The translations under genes were made by a program, and so were the position numbers. A stretch of 64,000 nucleotides of DNA from positions 62,001-126,000 of the forward strand of contig NIVC01001190.1 in assembly GCA_002269645.1 (NCBI GenBank). Reading direction: 5' to 3'. This DNA is from Macrostomum lignano (Eukaryota). The notes below the pieces were generated by a model, which did no database searches, was not told the origin of the DNA, and was given only the letters and a program-made list of their open reading frames with translations. Shown in pieces: positions 1-16,043 of this stretch; positions within the stretch are counted from its first letter, which is position 1; every line of letters starts with the position of its first letter.

Positions 1-526
1 CAATCGGCACATATACATGTAGATAAGCTACAGAAACCCATTTTTTCTGTATCACCATCATTTTCAGTAGTCGTTTTGATTATATTCTCATACTACGAGC
101 GTACAAGCGGAACCTGTAGATATCCTAGTTTGCATCTAAATAATTTACACACAGCTGTATCTAAACTTCTAAGCCAAAGGTAGTACATTCTCGTAATATT
201 TTTTTTGAAAAAAACTTTAAAAACATCTCAAAATTTGACCAACTATTCTCGTTTGAGTCATGATTCGCGCATTGTGACGCCTACGCTCTTCTAGTTGACG
301 TGGGGTGCTTGCGCGCTTGTTTTGACCTTTGGCCTCTAGGTTCTGGATGGTCGCTAGTCGATTGGCTGGGTTGTGGCGCCCCTCTCTCTCCTCTCTCTCT
401 CTCTCTTGTACCCCTTGATTGCGACCTAGCACCTCCTCAACTCTCTTCCCCCTTTGTCTGTGACCATCCTTCTGATTGGCTGATTGCTCTGATTGGCTGG
501 GCTTTGCTGTCGTCTGTTTTCTCTTT

Positions 527-770
527 TTGATTTATAGAGGCAGTTAGCTGCGCGCACCCCGGCGCACATAAGTGACATTGTCACACTGGCCCATTCTGCC
601 TACTCCCCTGAGCAGGCAAACAGTCACACAGGAGTGTACAGCGGCCCTAACTTTTTATCGTCAGGCATGTAGACTTCACTGTGCTTTCTGAGTTGCCTGT
701 CAAGGACGTTATTTTCACGACCAAAGCCAAGCCGAGATTCCAATTAGCTCAAAACTAAATATAACCATGA
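527..770 (-). repeat. Dispersed ~250-300 bp SINE-like/LINE-3'-tail repeat, copy 1
   Basis: Shares blocks (gacattgtcacac; tactcccctgagcaggca; cttcactgtgc; gccaagccgagattccaatt) with 4322-4603 and 4621-4870. The T-rich left end reads as an A-rich tail on minus. Confidence 0.55.
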
Positions 771-980
771 GAGCACCGCACTAGTCCACTTGGATACGCT
801 ATTGTTCTCTCTCCCTTCCCCGATTAGTATTTTTTATCTCTTCTGGCTGCTCCACTAACTTTGGCTCGTGTGGCGACATCTTGAGTGATTTTTTTTTATA
901 ACTTGGCGTGTGTTAACAATGTGTCATTGCAAAGACTCAATCTATGCATGTTAAAATTGTAAATCCAGTGATTCATATAG

Positions 981-1700
981 TTACTGGGGCTTGAAGCTGG
1001 AAGCCACTCCTGTTGCCACAAAATGTTTATTTGGCTGCTTGATGGTTACGATTTGTTTGAATAATTTCTGCGCAAATGCCAAAAACCTCCCCCACGCACA
1101 GAGGCAGTAGGCGGATAGAGATGGAAAGCAGATATCGAGAAGGCAGTAAATTGACAATAAATTAGGAGTGCACTTGGCCCATTGAATGCGTGGCTTGATA
1201 TTGCAAAACTGAAAAACTGGGGAAGCAGAAAGGAACACCAAGGCTAAAAAGCCATTGCCAAAAACGGATGTAGATCGGGAAAGCATGGCTGACTGGGTTA
1301 TACTTTTACCATGGCTGATACAGACTTCGAAATCTGAAGTGAAGCAGTTCGATGATTCATCCTTTCTAGCCAGAGATCCGTCCTTGATATGCCAGGTCGG
1401 GGTGACAGACAACTTCATCTCAGTAGGAGGCTGGGGATTATAGGAGATTGGAGCGAACTCCCCTATCTAGCGTGGGTGGAGCGGTCGTTAGGACATCAGA
1501 AAAAAGTTTAAGCGCTCATTAGTTCGGCAGTAAAAACGGTTGGAAGAAGATTTGCGCATTGAACGGAGAAGGCAGCAGTGGAGGGCATTAAGCTATCGAG
1601 GCTATAGAATGACGGGATTTGCAAGGAGGACACGTTAGAAAATTATCACACCGCAATCATGCCGGGCAGCAGATATTGCACTCCACCCGGTGCCGCCCTG
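981..1700 (-). mobile_element. Highly decayed non-LTR reverse transcriptase remnant
   Basis: Broken frames give weak RT-like motifs (SRHSIAS ~RPISIAS; RFYCRTNERLNFFL; DFEVCISH). Many stops. Confidence 0.3.
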
Positions 1701-2627
1701 CATTCCGCCTGCTATTATTGATCCCCGGCGGGCAAATTTCGGTCGCTCACCCTTGGCTATGCGGCCTTCTGGAGGCGAATGGAACTCGCGTGTAGGACAG
1801 GGGAGACGGTTATAAGTGTCGGCAGGGGGGGGGAGATACGAGAGAGGGTCAGTCAGTGGATGGAGGGAGGTTCCGGTCGGCGGCAATTGAACAGTTTTTT
1901 GGTATAGTTGGCAGCCTGGCTAGGGCGATCTGGAACGCCCACCCTCCCTCGCTCTCCTTTTTTTCTCCTGGGCGTTTTGCGCAAATCATATTTCGCTACG
2001 GGGTTCCGAACATCCTCCCTTTCCATTGCGCCCAAGCTTATCCGCTTGGCAAATGCAATCTAGACCGCTGCGTCTTCAGTGCGGCTTTTCTCTTGTTCAG
2101 CTCCATACTTTCTTTTCTCTCGGTTAGGCTAAGGACGCCGTTATTTAAACAAGCCGGGCAAATTTTTCTGCTACACGTGCCACCTCCATCTTGGCCTTTC
2201 TTTTTTAGTTTCTGCCTTTCTCTCTGTATTTGTTTTTATCTCTTGTCTTTTCTATCGACATTGATTCTTCACTATCCACAGTCTCAGTAAGAAAACTAGG
2301 GGATCAGATCGGTGCCCCCAAAATAATAGACCGAGAAAAAGAATCAGTTTAACTGAATTCTTTTTCCTTGGATCCTTGTTATCGTTAACTGATATTATCA
2401 CTTTCGATATTAACGCCTTTTGCTCATTCGCTGTAGCGCTTCACTTTAGCGTTTTCACATTTATTTTAGTGATAGGCAAAAACCACTTTTCTTTGTCAGA
2501 TATTTTTCTATTAGCTAACATTTCGGTTTCCGAATGGAAGACAAACGACTTTTCAGTTCGGCGTTTCACGGTGAGAAGTAAATTGCTTGGCGCATGCTGG
2601 CTTGCTTGGTTCGAATCATTTGCAGTC

Positions 2628-3490
2628 TCATTTGTAATCTGCTGAATCATTTGGAATCTCCTGAATCATTTGGAATCTGCTGAATCATTTGGAATCTCCT
2701 AAATCATTTGTAATCTGCTGAATCATTTCGAATCTCCTGAATCATTTGGAATCTCCTGAATCATTTGGAATCTCCTGAATCATTTGGAATCTCCTGAATC
2801 ATTTGGAATCTCCTGAATCATTTGGAATCTCCTGAATCATTTGGAATCTCCTGAATCATTTGGAATCTGCTGAATCATTTGGAATCTCCTGAATCATTTG
2901 GAATCTCCTGAATCATTTGGAATCTCCTGAATCATTTGTTATCTGCTGAATCCTTTTGGAATCTGCTGAATCATTTGGAATCTGCTGAGTCATTTTGAAT
3001 CTCCTGAAGCATTTGGAATCTGCTGAATCATTTGTAATCTCCTGAATCATTTTGAATCTCCTGAATCATTTTGAATCTCCTGAAGCATTTGGAATCTGCT
3101 TAGTCATTTGGAATCTCCTGAATCATTTTTAATCTCCTGAAGCATTTGGAATCTGCTGAGTCATTTGGAATCTCCTGAATAATTTGGAATCTCCTGAATC
3201 ATTTGGAATCTGCTGAATCATTTGGAATCTGCTGAATCATTTGGAATCTACTGAATCATTTGGAATCTCCTGAATTATTTGGAATCTCCTGAATAATTTG
3301 GAATCTCCTGAATCATTTGGAATCTCCTGAATCATTTGGAATCTCCTGAATCATTTGGAATCTCCTGAATCATTTGGAATCTGCTGAATCATTTTAAATC
3401 TGCTGAAGCATTTATAATCTTCTGAACCCCTTGGAATCTTCTGAATATTTTGAAATCGGATGAATCATCTTCTGAATCTCTGGAATCTTT
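2628..3490. repeat. 19-bp tandem satellite (TCATTTGGAATCTCCTGAA)n
   Basis: Period 19 read directly; about 45 units, degenerate at the right end. Confidence 0.95.
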
Positions 3491-3889
3491 TGAAGCTATT
3501 AGGATCTATTGACTTCATATACGATCTAAAATATTTTAACTTGTCTGCACTGTGCAGAATTTATTTAGCATTCATTTTTCAAGATTAATCTGCGCATTTT
3601 GAATCAGTAGCGATGTCCAAGATGGATTTTGCTGGTGCCGTCAGTGATTGCTAGTTTTCTAAATAGCAATTGCATGTAATCAGTGCTACAAGCTATCGTG
3701 GTAGTGGGATCGCATTTTAAGATTTTACCGTCCTAAAAGATTTGAAAAGCAGATTTTCATTTCCCTGACTCCATTCCAGCAAGCGGCGGAACTTCCGGCA
3801 GCTTTGGCAGGCAGCAGCATTCGACGAATAGCCAGTGGAGCCACCAGAGTCACCCCACAGCAGCCAGTAGGGTCTCCCACCTAGCCGCA

Positions 3890-6800
3890 GGCGGTGTCAG
3901 CAGGCAGCAGGACTTTGGCGACCCGCTGCAAGATCTGGAGCGACTTTTGAATCGTCTTCTGAACGATGCAGATGTGGATGGGGAGCCCCAGACGAAGTCT
4001 AAACGGCATCCTGAAACGTTTCAGCAATCGAAAAAGCACGGAAACATCGATTGGAAGATTCGGCAAGATGCGATTGTTAAAGACAGGGAACTGAGGGATG
4101 GCGTTTCAATGCGCAGGAAAGAATTTGTAACGAGTGAGTCAGTTGTTAGAACTGTTAGCGTTTACTATAACAACCAATCATGATTAATTTAAAATTAAAA
4201 TTAATTAAAATTACTGATATCTGTCAGTGAGCCTGCAGGGTTAGTCTCTTAGACACTCATCACCTTGAGTTGAAACTTTATTTATTATTCTTGTACTTAC
4301 GAGCGCATATGTACGAACTAGATTTTTTATTAGAGGTAGTGGGCTGTGTGAATTCTGGTACACTTAAAGCGACATTGTCACACAACGGGCGAGAGGCTTC
4401 ACTGCCCTGCATTCCGCCAACTACCCCTGAGCAGGCACACAAACGCGCGGATACATACGCAGTCATACGCACAGGTACACACTCACACAGTAGTATACAG
4501 CTTTATTTATCGTTAGGCATGTACACTTCACTGTGCCTTGGGGTTTGGTCATCAAGGGCGCTAATTGCGAGATTCCAATTTAGGCCCAAATTAATGTTAT
4601 TGCACTTTTAAATGGTCCCTTTTTTATTTTTTATTAGAGGCAGGGGGGTTGTATGCACCCTGGCGCACTTTAAGCGACATAGGCACACAACCGGCGAGAG
4701 GCATTACTGCCCATTCCGCCGACTCCCCTGAGCAGGCATACAAGCGTGCGGATACGTACGCAGGCACTTCACTGCGCCTTGGGGGTTGGCTCTCAAGGCC
4801 GTTAGTTGCACGAGCAGAGCCAAGCCGAGATTCCAATTCAGCCCCAAATTAATGTGACTGCACTTGGAATCGAGCCTGGGTCGCTGGCACACCGCTACCG
4901 CTACCGCGCTACCGCTGGGCTACGGCCCCCCTTAAATGGTCCCTTACGAACTGGATACCGGATATAAGATATTCAAACACTTTGCGACATTGCAATTAGC
5001 TCGTAGGTTTTTGTAACACACACAGGCTTCATTAAACACTTGATAGGATATTTAAAGATGTCAAAGCTTTCCATCTTCTACCAGGTAAAAAGACTTTTAA
5101 AATATGAAACAATACTATTGTGGGATGCTTGGCCAAATTTAACACAATTGACATTTTCAGATCGGCCCAACAACCATCATCGTTCACGTCGTAGTGCAGT
5201 CGAAACGGCTGCCACCAGCAATTATCAAATTGAGAAACCTGGATTCACCGAACAGAATCTAGGTACCGCAGGAAATTATGATCACTGTAAGTGATCATAC
5301 TTACGAAATGCATCTGATTGAGTAGTGTGATAGATTTCAGGAAAAAGTCGAACATTCCAACTCCATGCAGGGTTCGCTGGTCAGCAAATTTCGACAGATC
5401 ACACGAATAATCCGCGGCATTCGAGATATCGATCCGATTTCGGAGGCGATGAGCTCAAAGCTCCAGAACAGAAAATGGTCGGCCGGGTAAGGTCATAGTT
5501 ATAGCTCTTTATGAAGCTCTAGATGTCAGATGGTCTCTTAGATGGTTACTTATCAGTTGGTCTCAAATCATTTCTTAGATTTTACATCGTTTCTTAGATG
5601 TCAGTTATTCTCTTAGATGTCAGTTGGTTTCTTAGATGTCAGATGGTTTCTTAGATGTCAGTTGGTCTCTTAGATGTCAGTTGGTCTCTTAGATGTCAGT
5701 TGGTCTCTTAGATGTCAGTTGGTCTCTTAGATGTCAGTTGGTCTCTTAGATGTCAGTTGGTCTCTTAGATGTCAGTTGGTCTCTTAGATGTCGGTTGGTC
5801 TCTTAGATGTCAGTTGGTCTCTTAGATGTCAGTTGGTCTCTTAGATGTCAGTTGGTCTCTTAGATGTCAGTTGGTCTCTTAGATGTCAGTTGGTCTCTTA
5901 GATGTCAGTTGGTCTCTTAGATGTCAGTTGGTCTCTTAGATGTCAGTTGGTCTCTTAGATGTCAGTTGGTCTCTTAGATGTCAGTTGGTCTCTTAGATGT
6001 CGGTTGGTCTCTTAGATGTCAGTTGGTCTCTTAGATGTCAGTTGGTCTCTTAGATGTCAGTTGGTCTCTTAGATGTCAGTTGGTCTCTTAGATGTCAGAT
6101 GGTTTCTTAGATGTCAAATAGTTTCTTAGATATCAGATGGTTTCTTAAATGTCCCATTGTTTCTTAGCTGTCCCATTGTTTCTTAGATGTCCCATTGTTT
6201 CTTAGATTTCCCATTGTTTCTTAGATGTCCCATTGTTTCTTAGATGTCCCATTGTTTCTTAGCTGTCCCATTGTTTCTTAGATGTCTTTGGTTTTAAATA
6301 TTTTATCTTTTAAAAATTGTTTGAAAATGAGATCACTAACCAGACTTCGCATAGTTTTTGAGTGACTAATAACTAAACTGCGCATTTATTTATATCTTTT
6401 CAAGATTATGTTAAAGCATTTTTATCCTCACTAATACAAAAGTAAGCAAAAATCCAAGACCTATTATTTTATTTTTCTTAAAAGCCATAGCAAATACTTG
6501 CATGAACAAAGGCAGCCATTTTTTCCAGTTTAGAATAATATTTATTACTGGCCAACTACGCAGCTGGCTACTTTATTAAAACAAATTTACTCAAACCCCG
6601 TCGCAGGTACCACCGTCGCCTTCTTGGCCATTTAACTGCGTGAGTTTCGGTGTGCTCCAGGTGCATGCAGCGATATTCATTATCAATGTGACTTGTCAAT
6701 AGCTACCTGTGTTACATCGCTTGAAAAATATCGACAGACATTATATATTCCCCATGTAGTGCAAGCCGTGAAACATGATCGAGTCTGCTAGGCTGATTTT

Positions 6801-7676
6801 AAAACTTCGTAGGTGTCCGAAAATGCATTAAAATTTGTTTTATACATGTACTTTCGAATTGATGAACTTTATGACACGTGTATTTTTATCGACTGAGACG
6901 AATTTTGTTACTGCGTCATCTTCTACGATGCCTAAAACCAATTATCTAAAGTGTGGTTATTGCAAATGACAGCCCATATGCTCAGGTGTAAATTTGTCCA
7001 ATGGGCAGCACCATTTTGGCAGCACTATTTCGGATGTGACGATGTGCGTAAAGGCAATGTAAGCATGTCAGTGTCAGAAGATTATTGAATAGCATGACGG
7101 GTGTAGTAGTAGTGAATTAAAACTACAATTGCAAGTTTATATTTAAGAAGGTTGATTAATTTTCTAAGCAACATAAAGAAACTTTTTTGTTTAAACTGAC
7201 AGCCAATTCACAATCCGGAAACATTAAAGGAGCAGGAGCGTCAGGTTGGTCGCGAGATTGAGATCACAGATCTGCGAAATCAGCGCGAACGAGCTCCACG
7301 GCAGAGCTCCACGGCTGCATTTGGATCCGATGCTTCCGTTGCCGGGGGAAGCCAGCGGGCGGTCAGTCATCGCAGAGGTAAAAACCCGTTGCTCAGCTTG
7401 ATGATTTCAGCATGTTTTTTCTAGAGCTAGTTTTATTTTCCACTCGGTTGTCTTAGATATGAGATGTTAAATATATTTTAGAAACAATACGTAGTATGCC
7501 TGCCATTTGATAAATATTCAGCATTCAGATGAAACAACCTACTCTGCTACATCATGAGGTAGTAAAGCCATTGCCTTGCAGCTGTAGAACTCAACAAGTC
7601 CACCCAAGATGATGAGAATTTTAGAAAACATAAAGAAAATACTGCCGTTTTTCAGTTAAAACTTGGCAATACGCTC
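3890..7676 (+). CDS. Putative upstream exons of the tensin-like host gene: 3890-4133, 5161-5262, 5341-5486, 6607-6639, 7203-7377, 7582-7676
   Basis: All have AG/GT boundaries, and phases chain without stops (QQDFGDPLQDLERLL...FVT/NRPNNHH.../KSRTFQL...VGR/VPPSPSWPFNC/PIHNPETLKEQERQ.../AVELNKSTQDD...GNTL). No domain recognised. The link to the exon at ~10080 is unresolved (phase mismatch). Confidence 0.55.
4322..4870 (-). repeat. Two tandem copies of the SINE-like repeat (4322-4603, 4621-4870)
   Basis: Both begin ttttttattagagg on plus and share the cccctgagcaggca core with 527-770. Confidence 0.6.
5560..6290. repeat. 19-bp intronic satellite (CTCTTAGATGTCAGTTGGT)n grading into (TTCTTAGATGTCCCATTGT)n
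   Basis: Period 19 read directly; homogeneous core with a variant block at the right end. Confidence 0.95.
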
Positions 7677-8089
7677 GTAAGTCACTGTCGGTGACCTGTT
7701 TCACAAATTTTAGAATATAGAATTTATTTATGTAAACTTGTTCGTATTTGGACCCATTATAGCTGGGCATCGAACAAAGTTGATTCAGGACAGAACTTTA
7801 TTTCTATAGTAATCGAGTCTACATTTGAAAATACAGCAGATTTAGCAGCAGATTGAACATTTTCACCAGGCACACTTTGCATATTACGAGTAATTAGATT
7901 TGAGTTGCGCTCTAATCGCTAGCGTCTGGAATATCGAAATTCAGAGAATTTCTTCAATAAATATTTGGAATAAAAGTTTCAACAGTAAACTACTAATATC
8001 TTCTCAATTTAGCCCGATGTTGAGCTTAAGTGACAAACAGTTCAGTTTAGTAAACTACAGTAGGAATAGAGCCTTCGAGGTGAGAATCA

Positions 8090-9194
8090 CTATTCTATGT
8101 CAAATGGTGACACGCATTCACAAAACGTGCCATCTACGTAGTCATGGCCGATACTCCGTAGAGATATCGGACAGTCGTTCATCAATGACATGCCTTTCCA
8201 TGTGCACGCATAATTCTCAGATTTCCCACCGTTGTCAGGCTGTTCTTTCTGCCACAGACTGGGATCGATGGGGATCCGGCAGGTGTGCCAAAACCAGCCG
8301 CCTGCTGGTTCCTTGCTTCCGGGATCTTAACGGCCTCCAAGGAAGAAACTTCTGGAACCTCGTGGCGGTCTGAACCATCTGGCATGCAGCTCCTCCAAGA
8401 AAAAATACTTGGCCTTGTCGATCGGCTCGGCCATGATGGTGAGTCCCCGCTCCGCGTTGCAGCTGGCCAAGGCCGAGTCCCAGCGACGCGAGCGCGGCCG
8501 AACGAACTTGTACTTCACGCCACACCTGGCGAATGATTGGGTAGAAAAGCGTTATCGCCTTTGACTCTCGTAACAAGGACACTCGTTAAAAAGTCAGCAA
8601 ACCCATTGGCCGCCCTCGGAAACACATCGCTGTCTGGCACACAGGAAACCCAAAAGACAGCCCAGGGCGCTAAACGAAACAAAAACGCACGCACCTGTCG
8701 TGATGAAAGTCGGCCGGACACAAGGCGCCCGGTCGCAAGCCCGGCTGTCGCCTCACGTACAGCTTGGCAGCGCGATTGCAGCTGCACTTGCGCACGTTCT
8801 TGCTGCACTTGTCAAACAAAAACAGTCTGCAGTGTCCACCCATCGTTGTGAAGGCTTGGCAGGTCTTGAATAAACTGCAGACTGCTGCGCATCTCTTGCG
8901 CGATTTTATGAAAACGAATCTTGAAACGTACTTGGACTCGATGCAGTCCCAGCCGAAAACTGGATGGTAGTTTTTCAGATAAGCTGGCTTGTCTGAATCT
9001 GGCTTGTCTGAAATCGGTTCAAAGCGGTATCAGAGGCTTGCACAAAGCTATCTGTGCGGTACCTGGTTCAAAGAAGATAATACTCTTGGAAATGTGGGAC
9101 CTTCTTATTAGCTCTCACCTGCCCAGTCAGCGGCTGCAATCAGGCTCAGGGCGAGAACAACCAGTCCGATGGCGAGCTTGTTATAATTGCTCAT
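8090..9194 (-). pseudogene. Secreted PAN/apple + C-type lectin gene, copy 1, with a premature TAA (exons 9194-9119, 9007-8695, 8525-8090)
   Basis: Signal peptide MSNYNKLAIGLVVLALSLIAAA; PAN-like CAAVC...CQAF...CRLF; CTLD CPADF..CGVKYKF...FLGG..WFW..QPDN..C..MND..FCE. TAA at 8327-8329 where copy 2 has CAA. Confidence 0.8.
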
Positions 9195-10079
9195 GTTGGG
9201 CAGCAATTTTGGAGTATTGTATTTTCCAGATAGAATGCTTCTTGAGCAGTGCGGTAGCCACTGCTTATTGCACACACACTGCTGTGAATTCACCTGTATA
9301 TATATTCAATAATGCAGTTTTAATTCAGGGATATGTAAGAGGGACGAAAGCGAAATCTTTGCCACTCACAAAAAACGTTAGGTTTCCCGGTTTTGTTCAG
9401 GCCGGATATCTTGGATTTCCGAACTCGTAAATTCGCGGCATCCTGTGTGGAATATCCCGGCTTCTTAGCATATTTAATAACACAATGAGAGCGCCAAAGT
9501 AAGTGCACTAATTCTGTTTGAGCTTGGAATAGGTGTACAGTTTATTTTTGGGCTGGAGTGGAGAGAGAAGAAAAAAGAGATGGTCGCGCGCTTCACCTTG
9601 GCATGATGCTGTGATGCCCAAGAAGCGACGAGATGAAATTCTTTCAAATGCGTTAGCTATTTTTTCCAACTTACAATAGTGAGTCGCGTAAAGTGCGTAG
9701 GCAGCACAAGGACCACTAGAAGTAATCTGGAAGCAACACCCATTTTGTTAAACTATTAGAAGGCTCATTTGTTAGCATTGCACCTAAGATTTAAGTGCTC
9801 ATAATTCTGGATTAACTGCGCTTGACATGATAAATTTTCGGCAGGTTGCTTGAAATTTTGTTCTCTCTAAGACTGCAACTTCTGGGTTGGAGATACGGCT
9901 ATCTGAAATTGACTATAATTTGCAGCCATACAACTAAAATTTAATTTTTTGTTTTTCTAAACTAGCATTGCGTAGCGTAGCAGCCTATGCGGAGTGCCTT
10001 GATACTTTTTCTTCCATAGATGTAATAGTCAGTGAAATAATTAGCAAGTCCGCGCATGTGAATTCATCACACAATTCAG

Positions 10080-12647
<2,568 letters not shown>

Positions 12648-13214
12648 TGCCATTTGCTTCAAGCCTGAGTGACTCACCTGCAAAGCAATGCATTGCTAGC
12701 AGCAATTATTACTGCATCTCGCTAGTTCTAATGAAAGGCGTTCCCCTTTTCATCGGAGATCTGGAAGGCTTCTGCTCTCCCTCTCGTGGGCCAGCGCATC
12801 CCAGGCTCCATCGGCTCCCTCATCAAGGCTGACTGACACCGGGGCTGACACACGCAGGGTCTGAGGGGATTTTTATCCCATCCCAGTTTTTTCCAGGCGT
12901 TTTTTTTCTAGCGATCCCAATTTTTCCTTCTCTAACGTTATTGCAGTCTTCGTGTTGGACCAACTTGTTAAACATATGCATAGCAATTATAGCAGCCTAA
13001 CAACGCATATTTATGTACCCTATAAGTGGTTGTAATGTTTTTGCACACTTTTTTTCACGAGTTAATTAATACTTTAGAGCTCACTTCAGCTCGAATTAAT
13101 TCAAAAACTGCTTCTTCCAATGATGCTAACTATGTTAAATCTGACACGATATTTATTTATTTATTTATTGATATTCTTTAGGACCGACCGTCTTAGCTGA
13201 TGAGTGCCAATTGT

Positions 13215-13990
13215 CTTAGAGAAGAGAGGCTGGGGTGTGAACAACGATCCAGTCACGAGTGTACATTGCTTTGGAGAAGAGAGGCTGTTGTGTGAACAAC
13301 CATCCAGTCACGAGTGTACATTGCTTTGGCGAAGAGAGGCTGGGGTGTGAACAACCATCCAGTCACGAGTGTACATTGCTTTGGCGAAGAGAGGCTGGGG
13401 TGTGAACAACCATCCAGTCACGAGTGTACATTGCTTTGGAGAAGAGAGGCTGTTGTGTGAACAACCATCCAGTCACGAGTGTACATTGCTTTGGAGAAGA
13501 GAGGCTGTTGTGTGAACAACCATCCAGTCACGAGTGTACATTGCTTTGGAGAAGAGAGGCTGTTGTGTGAACAACCATCCAGTCACGAGTGTACATTGCT
13601 TTGGAGAAGAGAGGCTGTTGTGTGAACAACCATCCAGTCACGAGTGTACATTGCTTTGGAGAAGAGAGGCTGTTGTGTGAACAACCATCCAGTCACGAGT
13701 GTACATTGCTTTGGAGAAGAGAGGCCGTTGTGTGAACAACCATCCAGTCACGAGTGTACATTGCTTTGGAGAAGAGGGGCTGATGTGTGAACAACCATCC
13801 AGTCACGAGTGTACATTGCTTTGGAGAAGAGAGGCTGTTGTGTGAACAACCATCCAGTCACGAGTGTACATTGCTTTGGAGAAGAGAGGCTGTTGTGTGA
13901 ACAACGATCCAGTCACGAGTGTACATTGCTTTGGAGAAGAGAGGCTGTTGTGTGAACAACCATCCAGTCACGAGTGTACATTGCTTTGCG
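13215..13990. repeat. 55-bp tandem array, about 14 units
   Basis: Unit GAGAAGAGAGGCTGTTGTGTGAACAACCATCCAGTCACGAGTGTACATTGCTTTG, preceded by an (ATTT)n tract at ~13151-13168. Confidence 0.95.
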
Positions 13991-14724
13991 GAAACAGTAG
14001 GTTTTAGTCACAGAAGTACAAGCCAGCCTAGATGTCAGATTTGTCAGTCCTTTCTTAAGATGTGATATGTCGGATCGCAGAACAGAAATGCGGAATAAAA
14101 ATCGATCGCAGTTGGTAGACCGATCTTTATTTCGAGCACTTCTACATGCAGCTTGTAGATTAAAGCTTTATAAGTGTCCAAAAATGAAATAAAATCTGTT
14201 ATATAAAAAAATTGATGCAGTTTTTTTACATTTTCGATAAAATTACGAGTGCACCGACTTATGAAACTTTTTTACTTTCATCAATTGAATCAACTATTTG
14301 GTGCTTGAAGTACATTAGCTCTTTAACTCCAAAGCAAAAAGTGAAGAACCGCACAGAATCAGTGTCTCACAGTGCGATTTCAAAATTCTAAATAAGGAAA
14401 AAGCGTTAGATAATAGAGAGAAGCCGTTTTCGGGGTAACACCTCCGATTCCTTGCACAAAAAGAATGTTATATTTTGAATCTTGTTCAAGCACGTATTCT
14501 TATCAGTACATTTAGGTTAACTTCAAAATCACCAACGTTCTATGATGCTTACAGCCAATTATCTGAGGCAGAGTAGAGCAAATGGTATCCCATATACTCT
14601 ATGTATACAATTTTCCGATGGGCTCAGTTTTTATAGCACTATTTGAGATGCGACGATTGTAAAAGCAACAACTGTCACTGGAACATTTGTTGAATTTTTG
14701 GATTTTGCTGACTTTAAACAATGT

Positions 14725-15230
14725 GCTGGCACTGGTGCCGGATATTGCCAACGACCTGCTGGCGAGACGACGAAGACTGGCCTGGGCTGCGTTTCGTTCT
14801 GTGCGCTCCGAGCTTTATTCTGAGGCCCTGGATGACGACACAGGGCTCGGCTGGTTCAGGCAGTCGTTGAGACTGTCTTTTTGTACAACGCCGAGACCTG
14901 GATCCTGACGGATGCCTTTGAGAGGCAGCTGGACGCTGCGTGCGACGTTCGGAGAGCGCAGTGGTCCAGGCAGCGCGACCAACGCCGCACTTTCCGCGCT
15001 CTATGCAAAGGCGCGCCCGATGCGGCCTTCTGACCTGCTTCGCGGGCGACGACTTCCGACTGACTGGCCACGTCATGCTCTTGAGACGCTCGATGGTCAG
15101 CGGCTTTGCCTGTTTGCATAGCACGCCCAGATGACGTTTGGCGCCGCGGAGAGCCAGCTGCACGGTGAAGACTTTTGATGCGTCAGGGGCGCTAGTGACT
15201 TGGTGCAGAAACGAGACGGCGTGGACGCAG
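14725..15230 (+). mobile_element. RTE-clade LINE 3' fragment
   Basis: LVPDIANDLLARRRRLAWAAFRS...VETVFLYNAETWILT, RTE-type post-RT motifs, frameshifted. Confidence 0.75.
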
Positions 15231-16043
15231 GCTCAGAGACTGGAGAAGAACGGAGCCAGGTGCTCAGCAGGTGCCCGATGTAGCGGCACAGGAGGTCAGT
15301 GGAGATGAAGGGCGGCCTGCGCTAGCACAGAAGACTTCCCAAGGAGCGCAGCTGGCTGAGGTAGGATCGCCAGGAGTTCTCCGCCAGGCCGAGGCGGCAC
15401 AGGTGTCCGGCGGACACAGCGGAGGGACGGGCGGCGTCTCCGGAGGGCGAGGTCGACCTGCAGAAGGAGAGGAGATAGAGAACGCGAACTGAAGCGGGCA
15501 GATCACGAGCGTACGGTAGTAGCGGCAGCAAAAGTTATTGAGCTCAGATTGCGAGGCAAACATGCGGGAGGCGGCATCAGCAAAAATCTGCATGCGACCA
15601 AGTAGGTGAAAGGCCTCCAAACTGATGCTGTTCCTGATGCACAGCAGAGCCACAGTCTGGTACACCTGCAGGAACCGGGAGTAACGCCAGCTCAGCCGAT
15701 TGATCATGCCGGTGAAGATGACAATTTTGCAGTTTTTCAGCTGAGAGCGACGGTGCAGGATGATCAGTGTTGTAAAGTGAGTTTACTCACTGGTTTGTTT
15801 TGCTAGTCGGTGTTTGGGGGTCAAGGGATGCGATGTACATGCGCGCTCTGTTTGTATATGTACATGCGTTTTCGAGTAAATATAAGAATAGCTCCACCCT
15901 TCGGGTGAGGGTTTGAATTTTGTTTTTTGGACTAAACCTGACTGGCTTTCTCTCGCTCACTACATTTTGGCGTCGCGCGGAGAAATCAATTGATTTGGGC
16001 CAGCGTGATTCAGCACAAGCGCGAACTCTAAATCTGCCAAGTC

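Noticed and set aside
13197-13230. Hammerhead ribozyme core CTGATGAG
   Set aside because: No stem II or GAAA partner follows, and the paralog reads CTGCTGAG.
13215-13990. CRISPR-like array (also considered for the 49-bp array at 33933-34700)
   Set aside because: Units are contiguous with no unique spacers, there are no cas genes, and the context is eukaryotic.
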